From the human T2T-CHM13v2.0 reference genome, Homo sapiens: a DNA stretch of 64,000 nucleotides. Location of the stretch: assembly GCF_009914755.1 (NCBI RefSeq), contig NC_060928.1. The stretch is one strand, 5' to 3'. The notes under the pieces are model-generated. The model was given only the letters and a program-made list of their open reading frames with translations, had not been told where the DNA came from and made no database searches. The translations under genes and the position numbers were made by a program. Shown piece after piece: positions 14,636 through 31,369 of this stretch. How positions within the stretch are numbered: position 1 is the first letter of the stretch; the number at the start of each line of letters is the position of its first letter.

Positions 14636-17600
14636 ACATTGGGTACTTTGATATTTTATGTACAGTATATAATATATAGTTTGGTTACTTTGATATTTTA
14701 TATACAGTATATAATATATATTATGTGTACTTTGATATATTATGTACAGTATATAATATATAGTATGGGTTGTTTGATATTTTATGTACAGTATATAATA
14801 TATAGTTTGGGTAGTTTGATATTTTTAGTACAGTATGTAATATATAGTTTGTTTTATTTGATATTTTATGTACAGTATACAATATATAGTATTGGTACTT
14901 TGATATTTCATGTAAAGTATATAGTTTGAGTACTTTGATATTTTATATGCAGTTTATTATAAATGTTTGGGTACCTTCATATTTTATGTACAGTATATAA
15001 TACATACTTTGGGAACTTTTATTTTATGTGCAGTATATAATACATACTTTGGGTACTTTGATATTTCATGTACAGTATATAATACACACTTTGGGTACTT
15101 TGATATTTTATGTACAGTATATAATACATACTTTGGGTACTTTGATGTATTATGTACAGTATATAATACATACTTTGGGTACTTTGATATTTTATGTACA
15201 GTATATAATACATACTTTGGGTACTTTGATATTTTATGTACAGTATGTAATACACACTTTGGGTACTTTGATATTTTATGTACAGTATGTAAAACATACT
15301 TTGGGTAGTTTGATATATTATGTACAGTATATAATACATACTTTGGGTACTCTGATATTTTATGTACAGTGTATAATACATACTTTGGGTACTTTGATAT
15401 TTTATGTACAGTATATAATACATACATTGGGTACTTTGATATATTATGTACAGTATATAATACTTACTTGGGGTATCTTGATATTTTATGTACAGTATAT
15501 AATGCATACTTTGGGTACTTTGATATTTTATGTACAGTATATAATGCATACTTTGAGTACTTTGATATTTTATGTACAGTATGTAATACATACTTTGGGT
15601 ACTTTGATATTTTATGTATAGTATATAATACATACTTTGTGTAGTTTGATATTTTATGTACAGTATACAATATATAGTTTGAGTACTTTGATATTTTATG
15701 TCCAGTATAAAATATATAGTTTTCCTAATTGATATTTTATGTACAGAATATAGTTTGAGTACTTTGATATTTTATGTACACTTTATTATAAATGTTTGGG
15801 TACTTTCATATTTTATGTACAGTATATAATACATACTTTGGTCTCTTTGATGTTTTATGTACAGTATATAATACATACTTTGGGTTCTTTGATATTTTAT
15901 GTGCAGAATATAATGCATAGTTTTAGGTACTTTTATATTTTATGTACAGTATATAATACATACTTTGGGTACTTTGATATTTTATGTACAGTATATAATA
16001 CATACTTTGGGTACTTTGATATTTTATGTACAGTATATAATACATATTATTGGTACTTTGATATTTTATGTACAGTATACAATATATAGTTTGAGTACTT
16101 TGATATTTTATGTCCAGTATAAAATACATAGATTTCATACTTTGATATTTTATGTACAGAATATAGTTTGAGTACTTTGATATTTTATGTACACTTTATC
16201 ATAAAAGTTTGGGTACTTTCATATTTTACGTACAGTATTTAATACATACTTTGGGCACTTTGATGTTTTATGTACAGTATATAATACATACTTTGGGTTC
16301 TTTGATATGTTATGTACAGCATATAGTACATAATTTGGGGACTTTTATATTTTATGTACATTATATAATACATAATTTGGGGACTTTTATATTTTATGTA
16401 CATTATATTATACATACTTTGGGTACTTTTATATTTTATGTACGGTATATAATACACACTTTGGGTACTTTGATATATTATGTACAGTATATAATACATA
16501 CTTTGGGTACTTTGATATATTATGTACAGTATATAATACATACTAAGGGTACTTTGACATTTTATGTACAGTACATAATACATACTTTGGGTACTTTGAT
16601 ATTTTATGTACAGTATATAATGCATACTTTGGATACTATGATATTTTATGTACAGAATATAATACATACTTTGGGTACTTTTATATTTTATGTACAGTAT
16701 ATAATATATAGTTTGGGTACTTTGATATTTTATGTACGGTATATAATACATACTTTGGGTACTTTGATATTTTATGTACAGTATATAATACATACTTTGG
16801 GTACTCTGATATTTTATGTACACTATACAATATATAGTTTGAATACTTTGATATTTTATGTACTGTATAAAATATATAGTTTTCGTACTTTGATATTTTA
16901 TGTACAATATATAGTTTGAGTACTTTGATATTTTATGTACAGTTTTTTATAAATGTTTCGGTGCTTTCATATTTTATGTACAGTATATAATACATACAAA
17001 GGGCACTTTGATATTTTATGTACAGTATATAATACATACTTTGGGTACTCTGATATTTTATGTACAGTGTATAATACATACTTTGGGTACTTTGATATTT
17101 TATGTACAATATATAATACATACGTTGGGAACTTTGATATATTATGTACAGTATATAATACATACTTTGGGTACTTTGATATTTTATCTACAGTGTACAA
17201 CACATAGTTTGTGTACTTTGATATTTTAGGTACAGTATATAATACATACTTTGGGTACTTTGATATTTTATGTACAGTATATAATACATACATTGGGTAC
17301 TTTCATATTTTATGTACAGTATATAATATATAGTTTGGTTACTTTGATATTTCATCTACAGCTTATAATACATACTTTGGATACTTTGATACTTTATGTA
17401 CAGTATATAATACATAATTTGGGTACTTTGTTATTTTATGTACAGTATACAATATATAGTTTGAGTACTTTGATATTTTATGTGCAGTATAAAATATATA
17501 GTTTTGGTACTTTCATATTTTATGTACAGTATATAGTTTGAGTACTTTGATATTTTATGTACAGTTTTTTATAAATGTTTGGGTGCTTTCATATTTTATG

Positions 17601-20600
17601 TACAGTATATAATACATACTAAGGGCACTTTGATATTTTATGTACAGTATATAATACATACCTTGGGTACTTTGATATTTTATGTACAGTATATAATACA
17701 TATTTTGGGTACTTTGATATTGTATGTACAGTATATAATACATACTTTGGGAACTTTGATATTTTATGTACAGTATGTAGAACATACTTTGGGTACTTTG
17801 ATATTTTATGTACAGGATATAATGCATACTTTGAGTACTTTGATAGTTTATGTACAGTATATAATACATACTTTGGGTACTTTGATATTTTATGTATAGT
17901 ATAAAATATATAGTTTGGGTACTTTGATATTTTATGTACAGTATGTAAAACATACTTTGGGGAGTTTGATATTTTATGTACAGTATGTAAAACATACTTT
18001 GGGGAGTTTGATATTTTATGAACAGTATATAATACACATTTTGTGTACTTTGATATTTTATGTAAAGTATATAATACATACTTTGGGTACTTTGATATTT
18101 TATGTACAGTATATATTACATACTTTGGGTACTTTGATATTTTATGTACAGTATACAATATATAGTTTGAGTACTTTGATATTTTATGTACTGTATAAAA
18201 TATATAGTTTTGGTACTTTGATATTTTATGTACAGTATATTTTGAGTACTTTGATATTTTATGTACAGTTTGTTATAAATATTTTGGTGCTTTCATATTT
18301 TATGTACTGTATATAATACATGCTTTGGGCACTTTGATATTTTATGTACAGTATATAATACATACTTTGGGTAATCTGATATTTTATGTACAGTGTATAA
18401 TATATACTTTGGGTACTTTGATATTTTATGTACACTATATAATACATACTATTGGTACTTTGATATTTTATGTACAGTATACAATATATAGTTTGAGAAC
18501 TTTGATATTTTATGTCCAGTATAAAATATATAGATTTCGTACTTTGATATTTTATGTACAGAATATAGTTTGAGTACTTTGATATTTTATGTACACTTTA
18601 TTATAAAAGTTTGGGTACTTTCATATTTTACGTACAGTATATAATACATACTTTGGGCACTTTGATGTTTTATGCACAGTATATAATACATACTTTGGGT
18701 ACTTTTATATTTTATGTACAGTATATAATACATGTTTTGGGTACTTTTCTATTTTATGTACAGTATATAATGCATACTTTGGGTACTTTGATAGTTTATG
18801 TACAGTATACAATACATACTTTGGGTACTTTGATATTTTTTGTACAGTATATAATATGTAGTTTGGGTACTTTGATATTTTAACTGCAGTATATAATACA
18901 TACTTTGGGTACTTTGATATTTTATCTACAGTATATAATAGATACTTTGGGTACTTTGATATATTATGTACAGTATATAATACATAGTTTGGTTACTTTG
19001 ATATTTTTTGTACAGTATGTAAATCATACTTTGGGGAGTTTGATATTTTATGAACAGTATATAATACACATTTTGGGTACTTTGATATTTTATGTACGGT
19101 ATATAATACATACTTTGGGTACTTTGATATTTTATGTACAGTATATAATTCATACTTTGGGTACTTTGATATTTTATGTACAGTATATAATACATACATT
19201 GGGTACTTCGATATTTTATGTGCAGTAACCTATGTATAGTTTGGGTACTTTGATATTTTATGTCCAGTATAAAATAAATAGTTTTGGTACTTTGATATTT
19301 TATGTACAGTATATAGTTTGAGTACTTTGATATTTAATGTTCAGTTTATTATAAATGTTTGGGTGCTTTCATATTTTATATACAGTATATAATACATACT
19401 TTGGGCACTTTGATATTTTCTGTACAGTATATAATACATACTTTGGGTACTTTGATATTTTATGTACGGTATATAATACATACATTGGGTACTTTGATAT
19501 TTTATGTACAGTATATAATATATAGTTTGGTTACTTTGATATTTTATATACAGTATATAATATATATTATCTGTACTTTGATAAATTATGTACAGTATAT
19601 AATATATAGTATGGGTTGTTTGATATTTTATGTACAGTATATAATATATAGTTTGGGTAGTTTGATATTTTTAGTACAGTATGTAATATATAGTTTGTTT
19701 TATTTGATATTTTATGTACAGTATACAATATATAGTGTTGGTACTTTGATATTTCATGTAAAGTATATAATTTGAGTACTTTGATATTTTATATGCTGTT
19801 TATTATAAATGTTTGGGTACCTTCATATTTTATGTACAGTATATAATACATACTTTGGGAACTTTTACTTTATGTGCAGTATATAATACATACTTTGGGT
19901 ACTTTGATATTTTATGTACAGTATATAATATATACTTTGGGAACTTTGATATTTTATGTACAGTATGTAAAACATACTTCGGGTACTTTGATATTTTATG
20001 TACAGTACATAATACATACTATTGGTACTTTGATATTTTATGTACATTATACAATATATAGTTTGAGTACTTTGATATTTTATGTCCAGGATAAAATACA
20101 TAGATTTCATACTTTAATATTTTATGTACAGAAGATAGTTTGAGTACTTTGATATTGTATGTACACTTTATTATAAAAGTTTGGGTACTTTCATATTTTA
20201 CGTACAGTACATAATACACACTTTGGGCACTTTGATGTTTTATGTACAGTATATAATACATACTTTAGGTTCTTTTATATTTTATGTACAGCATATAATA
20301 CAAAATTTGGGGACTTTTATATTTTATGTACATTATATAATACATACTTTGGGTACTTTTATATTTTATGTACGGTATATAATACATACTTTGGGTACTT
20401 TGATATATTATGTACAGTATATAATACATACTTTGGGTACTTTGATATATTATGTACAGTTTATAATACATACTTAGGGTACTTTGACATTTTATGTACA
20501 GTATATAATACATACTTTGGGTACTTTGATATTTTATGAACAGTATATAAAACATACTTTGGGTACTTTGATATTTTATGTACTGTATATAATACATACT

Positions 20601-23600
20601 TTGGGTACTTTTATATTTTATGTACAGTATATAATATATAGTTTGGGTACTTTGATATTTTATGTACGGTATATAATACATACGTTGGGTACTTTGATAT
20701 TTTATGTATAGTATATAATACATTCTTTGGGTACTTTGATATTGTATGTACAGTATACAATATATAGTTTGAGTACTTTGATATTTTATGTACAGTTTTT
20801 TATAAATATTTTGGTGCTTTCATATTTTATGTACAGTATATAATACATACAAAGCGCACTTTGATATTTTATGTACAGTATATAATACATACTTTGGGTA
20901 CTCTGATATTTTATGTACAGTGTATAATACATACTTTGGGTACTTTGATATTTTATGTACAATATATAATACATACGTTGGGAACTTTGATATATTATGT
21001 ACAGTATATAATTCATACTTTGGGTACTTTGATATTTTATGTACAGTATATAATACATAGTTTGTGTACTTTGATATTTTATGTACAGTATATAATACAT
21101 ACTTTGGGTACTTTGATATTTTATATACAGTATATAATACATACTTTGGGTACTTTCATATTTTATGTACAGTATATAATACATACTTTGGGTAGTTTGA
21201 TATTTTATGTACAGTATACAATATATAGTTTGAGTACTTTGATATTTTATGTGCAGTATAAAATATATAGTTTTGGTACTTTGATATTTTATGTACAGTT
21301 TATAGTTTGAATACTTTGATATTTTATGTACAGTTTATTATAAATGTTTGGGTACTTTCATATTTGATGTACAGTATATAATACATAATCTGGGCACTTT
21401 GATATTTTATGTACAGTATATAATACATACTTTGGGTACTTTGATATTTTATGTACAGTATATAATACATACTTTGGGTATCTTGATATTTTATGTACAG
21501 TATATAATGCATACTTTGGGTTCTTTGATATTTTATGTACAGTATATAATGCATACTTTGAGTACTTTGATATTTTATATACAGTATATAATACATACTT
21601 TGGGTACTTTCATATTTTATGTACAGTATATAATACATACTTTGTGTAGTTTCATATTTTATGTACAGTATACAATATATAGTTTGAGTACTTTGATATT
21701 TTATGTCCAGTATAAAATATATAGTTTTCGTAATTGATATTTTATGTACAGAATATAGTTTGAGTACTTTGATATTTTATGTACACTTTATTATAAATGT
21801 TTGGGTACTTTCATATTTTATGTACAGTATATAATACATACTTTGGTCTCTTTGATGTTTTATGTACAGTATATAATACATACTTTGGGTTCTTTGATAT
21901 TTTATGTGCAGAATATAATGCATAGTTTTAGGTACTTTTATATTTTATGTACAGTATATAATACATACTTTTCGTACTTTGATATTTTATATACAGTATA
22001 TAATACATACTTTGGGTACTTTTATATTTTATGTACAGTATATAATACATACTTTGGGTACTTTGATATATTATGTACAGTATATAATACATAATTTGTC
22101 TACTGTGATATATTATGTACAGTATATAATACATACTTTGGGTACTTTGATATTTTATGTACAGAATATAATGCATACTTTGGGTACTTTGATATTTTAT
22201 GTACAGTATATAATACATACTTTGGGTACTTTGATATTTTATGTACAGTATATAATACATACTTTGGTACTTTTATATTTCATGTACAGTATATAATATA
22301 TAGTTTGGGTACTTTGATATTTTATGTACAGTATATAATATATAGTTTGGGTACTTTGATATTTTATGTACGGTATATAATACATACTTTGGGTACTTTG
22401 ACATTTTATGTATAGTATATAATACATACTTTGGGTACTTTGATATTGTATGTACAGTATACAATATATAGTTTGAGTACTTTGATATTTTATGTACTGT
22501 ATAAAATATATAGTTTTGGTACTTTGATATTTTATGTATAGTATATAGTTTGAGTACTTTGATATTTTATGTACAGTTTTTTATAAATATTTGGGTGCTT
22601 TCTTATTTTATGTACAGTATATAATACATACTAAGCGCACTTTGATATTTTATGTACAGTATAGAATACATACTTTGGTTACTCTGATATTTTATGTACA
22701 GTGTATAATACATACTTTGGGTACTTTGATATTTTATGTACAATATATAATACATACGTTGGGAACTTTGATATATTATGTACAGTATATAATTCATACT
22801 TTGGGTACTTTGATATTTTATGTACAGTATATAATGCATAGTTTGTGTACTTTGATATTTTATGTACAGTATATAATACATACTTTGGGTACTTTGATAT
22901 TTTATATACAGTATATAATACATACTTTGGGTACTTTCATATTTTATGTACAGTATATAATATATAGTTTGGGTACTTTGATATTTTATCTACAGCTTCT
23001 AATACATACTTTGGGTACTTTGATATTTTATGTACAGTATATAATACATACTTTGGGTAGTTTGATATTTTATGTATAGTATACAATATATAGTTTGAGT
23101 ACTTTCATATTTTATCTGCAGTATAAAATATATAGTTTTGGTACTTTGATATTTTATGTACAGTTTATAGTTTGAGTACTTTGATATTTTATGTACAGTT
23201 TATTATAAATGGTTGGGTACTTTCATATTTGATGTACAGTATATAATACATAATTTGGGCACTTTGATATTTTATGTACAGTATATAATACATACTTTGG
23301 GTACTTTTATATTTTATGTTCAGTATATAATACATAATTTGGGTACTTTGATATTTAATGTACAGTATATAATACACACTTTGCGTACTTTGATATTTTA
23401 TGTAAAGCATGTAATACATACTTTGGGCACTTTGATATTTTATGTACAGTATGTAATACACACTTTGGGTACTTTGATATTTTATGTACAGTATGTAAAA
23501 GATACTTTGGGTAGTTTGATATATTATGTACAGTATATAATACATACTTTGGGTACTCTGATATTTTATGTACAGTGTATAATACATACTTTGGGTACTT

Positions 23601-24209
23601 TGATATTTTATGTACAGTATATAATACATACATTGGGTACTTTGATATATTATGTACAGTATATAATACTTACTTGGGGTACTTTGATGTTTTATGTACA
23701 GTATATAATACATACTTTGTGTACTTTGATATTTTATGTACAGTATATAATACATACTTTGGGTACTTTGATATTTTATGTACAGTATATAATACATACT
23801 TTGGGTATCTTGATATTTTATGTACAGTATATAATGCATACTTTGGGTACTTTGATATTTTATGTACAGTATATAATGCATACTTTGAGTACTTTGATAT
23901 TTTATGTACAGCATGTAATACATACTTTGGGTACTTTGATATTTTTTGTACAGTATGTAATACATAATTTGGGTACTTTAATATTTTATGTATAGTATAT
24001 AATACATACTTCGGGTTCTTTGATATTTTATGTACAGTATATAATACATACATTGGGTACCTTCATATTTCATGTACAGTATATAATATATAGTTTGGAT
24101 ACTTTGGTATATTATGTACTGTATATAATACATACTTTGAGTACTTTGATATTTTATGTACAGTATATAATACATACTTTGCGTACTTTGATATTTTATG
24201 TCCAGTATA
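14409..24209. repeat. Near-identical block A, copy 2
   Basis: Same variant string as 1-9760 with one extra monomer (about 16350-16410), one extra A (about 16870), a 2-bp loss (about 18240) and a few SNPs. Confidence 0.93.
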
Positions 24210-26243
24210 GAATATATAGTTTTGGTAGTTTGATATTTTATGTACAGTATATAGTTTGAGTACTTTCACATTTTATGTACAGTTTATTATAAATGTTTGG
24301 GTGTTTTCATATTTTATGTACTGTATATAATACATACATTGGGCACTTTGATATATTATGTACAGTATATAATACATACTTTGGGTACTCTGATATTTTA
24401 TGTACAGTATATAATACACACTTTGGGTACTTTGATATTTTATGTACAGGATATAATGCATACTTTGGGTACTTTGATAGTTTATGTACAGTATATAATA
24501 CATACTTTGGGTACTTTGATATTCTATGTATAGTATAAAATATACAGTTTGGGTACTTTGATATTTTATGTACAGTATGTAAAACATACTTTGGGGAGTT
24601 TGATATTTTATGTACAGTATGTAAAACATACTTTGGGGAGTTTGATATTTTATGAACAGTATATAATACACATTTTGTGTACTTTGATATTTTATGTACA
24701 GTATATAATACATACTTTGGGTACTTTGATATTTTATGTACAGTATATAATACATACTTTGGGTACTTTGATATTTTATGTACAGTATACAATATATAGT
24801 TTGAGTACTTTGATATTTTATGTACTGTATAAAATATATAGTTTTGGTACTTTGATATTTTATGTACAGTATATAGTTTGAGTACTTTGATATTTTATGT
24901 ACAGTTTGTTATAAATATTTGGGTGCTTTCATATTTTATGTACTGTATATAATACATGCTTTAGGCACTTTGATATTTTATGTACAGTATATAATACATA
25001 CTTTGGGTACTCTGATATTTTATGTACAGTGTATAATACATACTTTGGGTACTTTGATATTTTATGTACAGTATATAATGCATACATTGGGTACTTTGAT
25101 ATATTATGTACAGTATATAATACTTACTTGGGGTACTTTGATATTTTATGTACAGTATATAATACATAGCTTGTGTACTTTGATATTTTATGTACAGTAT
25201 ATAATACATACTATTGGTACTTTGATATTTTATGTACAGTATACAATATATTGTTTGAGTACTTTGATATTTTATGTCCAGTATAAAATATATAGATTTC
25301 GTACTTTGATATTTTATGTACAGAATATAGTTTGAATACTTTGATATTTTATGTACACTTTATTATAAAAGTTTGGGTACTTTCATATTTTATGTACAGT
25401 ATGTAATACATACTTTGGGCACTTTGATGTTTTATGCACAGTATATAATACATACTTTGGGTACTTTTATATTTTATGTACACTATATAATACATAGTTT
25501 GGGTACTTTGATATTTAATATACAGTATAAAATGCACACTTTGCGTACTTTGATATTTTATGTAAAGTATGTAATACATACTTTGGGTAGTTTGATATTT
25601 TATGTACAGTATGTAATACACACTTTGGGTACTTTGATATTTTATGTACAGTATGTAAAACATACTTTGGGTAGTTTGATATTTTATGATCAGTATATAA
25701 TACACATTTTGGGTACTTTGATATTTTATGTACAGTGTATAATACATACGTTGGGTACTTTGATATTTTATGTACAGGATATAATGCATACTTTGGGTAC
25801 TTTGATAGTTTATGTACAGTATATAATACTTACTTTGAGTACTTTGATATTTTATATATAGTATAAAATATATAGTTTGGGTAGTTTGATATTTTAAGTA
25901 TAGTATATGATACATACTTTGGGTACTTAGATATTTTATCTACAGTGTATAATAAATACTATGGTTACTTTGATATATTATGTACAATAGATAATACATA
26001 CTTTGGGTACTTTGATATTTTATGTACAGTATATAATACATACTTTGGGTACTTTGATATTTTATGTACAGTGTATAATACATACATTGGGTGCTTTCAT
26101 ATTTCATGTACACTTTATAATATATAGTTTGGGTACTTTGGTATATTATGTACTGTATATAATACATACTTTGAGTATTTTGATATTTTATGTACAGTAT
26201 ATAATACATACTTTGGGTACTTTGATATTTTATGTACAGTATA
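23947..26243. repeat. Block D, copy 1 (more diverged copy at 57667-59963)
   Basis: Offset 33720 (24273/57993, 24919/58639, 25373/59093, 26003/59723). Shared variants include tttcacatttt, ttaagtatagtatatga and caatagataata. Confidence 0.88.
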
Positions 26244-29200
26244 CAATATATACTTTGCATATTTTGATATTTTATGTCCAGTATAGAATATATAGTTTTG
26301 GTAGTTTGATATTTTATGTAGAGTATATAGTTTGAGTACTTTCACATTTTATGTACAGTTTATTATAAATGTTTGGGTGTTTTCATATTTTATGTACTGT
26401 ATATAATACATACTTTGGGCACATTGATATTTTATGTACAGTATATAATACATACTTTGGGTACTCTGATATTTTATGTACAGTATATAATACATAATTT
26501 GGGTAGTTTGATATTTTATGTACAGTATATAATACATACTTTGAGTGCTTTGATATATTATGTACAGTATATAATACATACTTTGTGTACTTTGATATTT
26601 TATGTACAGTATACAATATATACTTTGACTACTTTGATATTTTATGTCCAGTATAGAATACATAGTTTTGGTAGTTTGATATTTTATGTACAGTATATAG
26701 TTTGAGTACATTGATATTTTATGTACACTTTATTATAAATGTTTGGATACTTTCATATTTTATGTACAGTATATAATACATACTTTGGGCACTTTGATAT
26801 TTTATGTACAGTATACAATACATACTTTGGGTACTTTGATATTTTATGTACAGTATATAATACATAATTTGGGTACTTTGATATTTTATGTACAGTATGT
26901 AATGCATACTTTGGGTACTTTGATGTTTTATGTACAGTATATAATACATACTTAGGGTACTTTGACATTTTATGTGCAGTATATAATACATACTTTGGGA
27001 ACTTTGATATTTTATGTACAGTATGTAGAACATACTTTGGGTACTTTGATATTTTATGTACAGGATATAATGCATACTTTGGGTACTTTGATAGTTTATG
27101 TACAGTATATAATACATACTTTGGGTACGTTGATATTTTATGTATAGTATAAAATATATAGTTTGGGTAGTTTGATATTTTATGTACAGTATGTAAAACA
27201 TACTTTGGGGAGTTTGATATTTTATGTACAGTATGTAAAACATACTTTGGGGAGTTTGATATTTTATGAACAGTATATAATACACGTTTTGTGTATTTTG
27301 ATATTTTATGTACAGTATATAATACATACTTTGGGTACTTTGATATTTTATGTACAGTATATATTACATACTTTGGGTACTTTGATATTTTATGTACAGT
27401 ATACAATATATAGTTTGAGTACTTTGATATTTTATGTACAGTATATAATACATACTTTGGGTACTCTGATATTTTATGTACAGTGTATAATACATACTTT
27501 GGGTACTTTGATATTTTATGTACAGTATATAATACATACATTGGGTACTTTGATATATTATGTACAGTATATAATACTTACTTGGGGTACTGTGATATTT
27601 TATGTACAGTATATAATACATAGTTTGTGTACTTTGATATTTTATGTACAGTATATAATACATACTTTGGGTACTTTGATATTTTATGTACAGTATATAA
27701 TACATACTTTGGGTATCTTGACATTTTATGTACAGTATATAATGCATACTTTGTGTACTTTGATATTTTATGTACAGTATATAATGCATACTTTGGGTAC
27801 TTTGATATTTTATGTACAGTATGTAATACATACTTTGGGTACTTTGATATTTTATGTATAGTATATAATACATACTTTGTGTAGTTTGATATTTTATGTA
27901 CATTATACAATATATAGTTTGAGTACTTTGTTATTTTATGTCCAGTATAAAATATATAGTTTTCGTAATTGATATTTTATGTACAGAATATAGTTTGAGT
28001 ACTTTGATATTTTATGTACACTTTATTATAAATGTTTGGGTACTTTCATATTTTATGTACAGTATATAATACATACATTGGTCTCTTTGATGTTTTATGT
28101 ACAGTATATAATACATACTTTGGGTTCTTTGATATTTTATGTACAGAATATAATGCATAGTATTAGGTACTTTTATATTTTATGTACAGTATATAATACA
28201 TACTTTGGGTACTTTGATATTTTATGTACAGTATATAATACATACTTTGGGAACTTTGATATTTTATGTATGGTATGTAATACATAATTTGGGTACTTTG
28301 ATATTTTATGTACAGTATATAATACATACTATTGGTACTTTGATATTTTATGTACAGTATACAATATATAGTTTGAGTACTTTGATATTTTATGTCCAGT
28401 ATAAAATATATAGATTTCATACTTTGATATTTTATTTACTGAATGTAGTTTGAGTACTTTGATATTTTATGTACACTTTATTATAAAAGTTTGGGTACTT
28501 TCATATTTTACGTACAGTATATAATACATACTTTGGGCACTTTGATGTTTTATGTACAGTATATAATACATACTTTGGGTTCTTTGATATTTTATGTACA
28601 GCATATAATACATAATTTGGGGACTTTTATATTTTATATACTTTATATTATACATACTTTGGGTACTTTTATATTTTATGTACGGTATATAATACATACT
28701 TTGGGTACTTTGATATATTATGTACAGTATATAATACATACTTTGGGTACTTTGATATATTATGTACAGTATATAATACATACAAAGGGTACTTTGACAT
28801 TTTATGTACAGTACATAATACATACTTTGGGTACTTTGATATTTTATGTACAGTATATAATGCATACTTTGGATACTTTGATATTTTATGTACAGTATAT
28901 AATACATACTTTGGGTACTTTGATATTTTATGTACAGTATGTAATGCATAATTTGGGTAATTGAATATTTTATGTGTAGTATATAATACATACTTTGGGT
29001 ACTTTGATATTTTATGGACAGTGTATAATACATACTTTGGGTACTCTGATATTTTATGTACAGTGTATAATATATAGTTTGGGTACTTTGATATTTTATA
29101 TACAGTATATAATACATACTTTGGGTACTTTGATATTTTATGTACAGTATATAATACATACCTTGGGTACTTTGATATTTTATGTATAGTATATAATACA

Positions 29201-29696
29201 TAATTTGGGTACTTTGATATTTTATGCACAGTATACAATATATAGTTTGAGTACTTTGATATTTTATGTACTGTATAAAGTATATAGTTTTGGTACTTTG
29301 ATATTTTATGTACAGTATATAGTTTGAGTACTTTGATATTTTATGTACAGTTTGTTAAAAATGTTTGGGTGATTTCATATTTTATGTACAGTATATAATA
29401 CATACTTTGGGCACTTTGATATCTTATGTACAGTATATAATACATACTTTGGGTACTTTTATATTTTATGTACAGTATATAATATATAGTTTGAGTACTT
29501 TGATATTTTATGTACTGTATAAAATATATAGTTTTTGTAATTTGATATTTTATGTACAGTATATAGTTTGAGTACTTTGATATTTTATGTACAGTTTTTT
29601 ATAAATGTTTGGGTGCTTTCATATTTTATGTACAGTATATAATACATACAAAGGGCAGTTTGATATTTTATGTCCAGTATATAATACATACTTTGG

Positions 29697-31369
29697 GTAC
29701 TTTGATATTTTATGTACAGTATATAGTTTGAGTACTTTGATATTTAATGTTCAGTTTATTATAAATGTTTGGGTGCTTTCATATTTTATATACAGTATAT
29801 AATACATACTTTGGGCACTTTGATATTTTCTGTACAGTATATAATACATACTTTGGGTACTTTGATATTTTATGTACGGTATATAATACATACATTGGGT
29901 ACTTTGATATTTTATGTAAAGTATATAATATATAGTTTGGTTACTTTGATATTTTATATACAGTATAAAATATATATTATGTGTACTTTGATATATTATG
30001 TACAGTATATAATATATAGTATGGGTTGTTTGATATTTTATGTACAGTATATAATATATAGTTTGGGTAGTTTGATATTTTTAGTACAATATGTAATATA
30101 TAGTTTGTTTTATTTGATATTTTATGTACAGTATACAATATATAGTATTGGTACTTTGATATTTCATGTAAAGTATATAGTTTGAGTACTTTGATATTTT
30201 ATATGCAGTTTATTATAAATGTTTGGGTACCTTCATATTTTATGTACAGTATATAATACATAATTTGGGAACTTTTATTTTATGTGCAGTATATAATACA
30301 TACTTTGGGTACTTTGATATTTCATGTACAGTATATAATACACACTTTGGGTACTTTGATATTTTATGTACAGTATATAATACACACTTTGGGTACTTTG
30401 ATATTTTATGTACAGTATATAATACATACTTTGGGTACTTTGATGTATTATGTACAGTATATAATACATACTTTGGGTACTTTGATATTTTATGTACAGT
30501 ATATAATACATACTTTGGGTACTTTGATATTTTATGTACAGTATGTAATACACACTTTGGGTACTTTGATATTTTATGTACAGTATGTAAAACATACTTT
30601 GGGTAGTTTGATATATTATGTACAGTATATAATACATACTTTGGGTACTCTGATATTTTATGTACAGTGTATAATACATACTTTGGGTACTTTGATATTT
30701 TATGTACAGTATATAATACATACATTGGGTACTTTGATATATTATGTACAGTATATAATACTTACTTGGGGTATCTTGATATTTTATGTACAGTATATAA
30801 TGCATACTTTGGGTACTTTGATATTGTATGTACAGTATATAATGCATACTTTGAGTACTTTGATATTTTATGTACAGTATGTAATACATACTTTGGGTAC
30901 TTTGATATTTTATGTATAGTATATAATACATACTTTGTGTAGTTTGATATTTTATGTACAGTATACAATATATAGTTTGAGTACTTTGATATTTTATGTC
31001 CAGTATAAAATATATAGTTTTCCTAATTGATATTTTATGTACAGAATATAGTTTGAGTACTTTGATATTTTATGTACACTTTATTATAAATGTTTGGGTA
31101 CTTTCATATTTTATGTACAGTATATAATACATACTTTGGTCTCTTTGATGTTTTATGTACAGTATATAATACATACTTTGGGTTCTTTGATATTTTATGT
31201 GCAGAATATAATGCATAGTTTTAGGTACTTTTATATTTTATGTACAGTATATAATACATACTTTGGGTACTTTGATATTTTATGTACAGTATATAATACA
31301 TACTTTGGGTACTTTGATATTTTATGTACAGTATATAATACATATTATTGGTACTTTGATATTTTATGT
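29697..31369. repeat. Third copy of the start of block A (about 33-1663) with one extra monomer
   Basis: Offsets 29664 (105/29769) then 29706 (1388/31094). The tacacac monomer is doubled at about 30320-30400. Confidence 0.87.
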
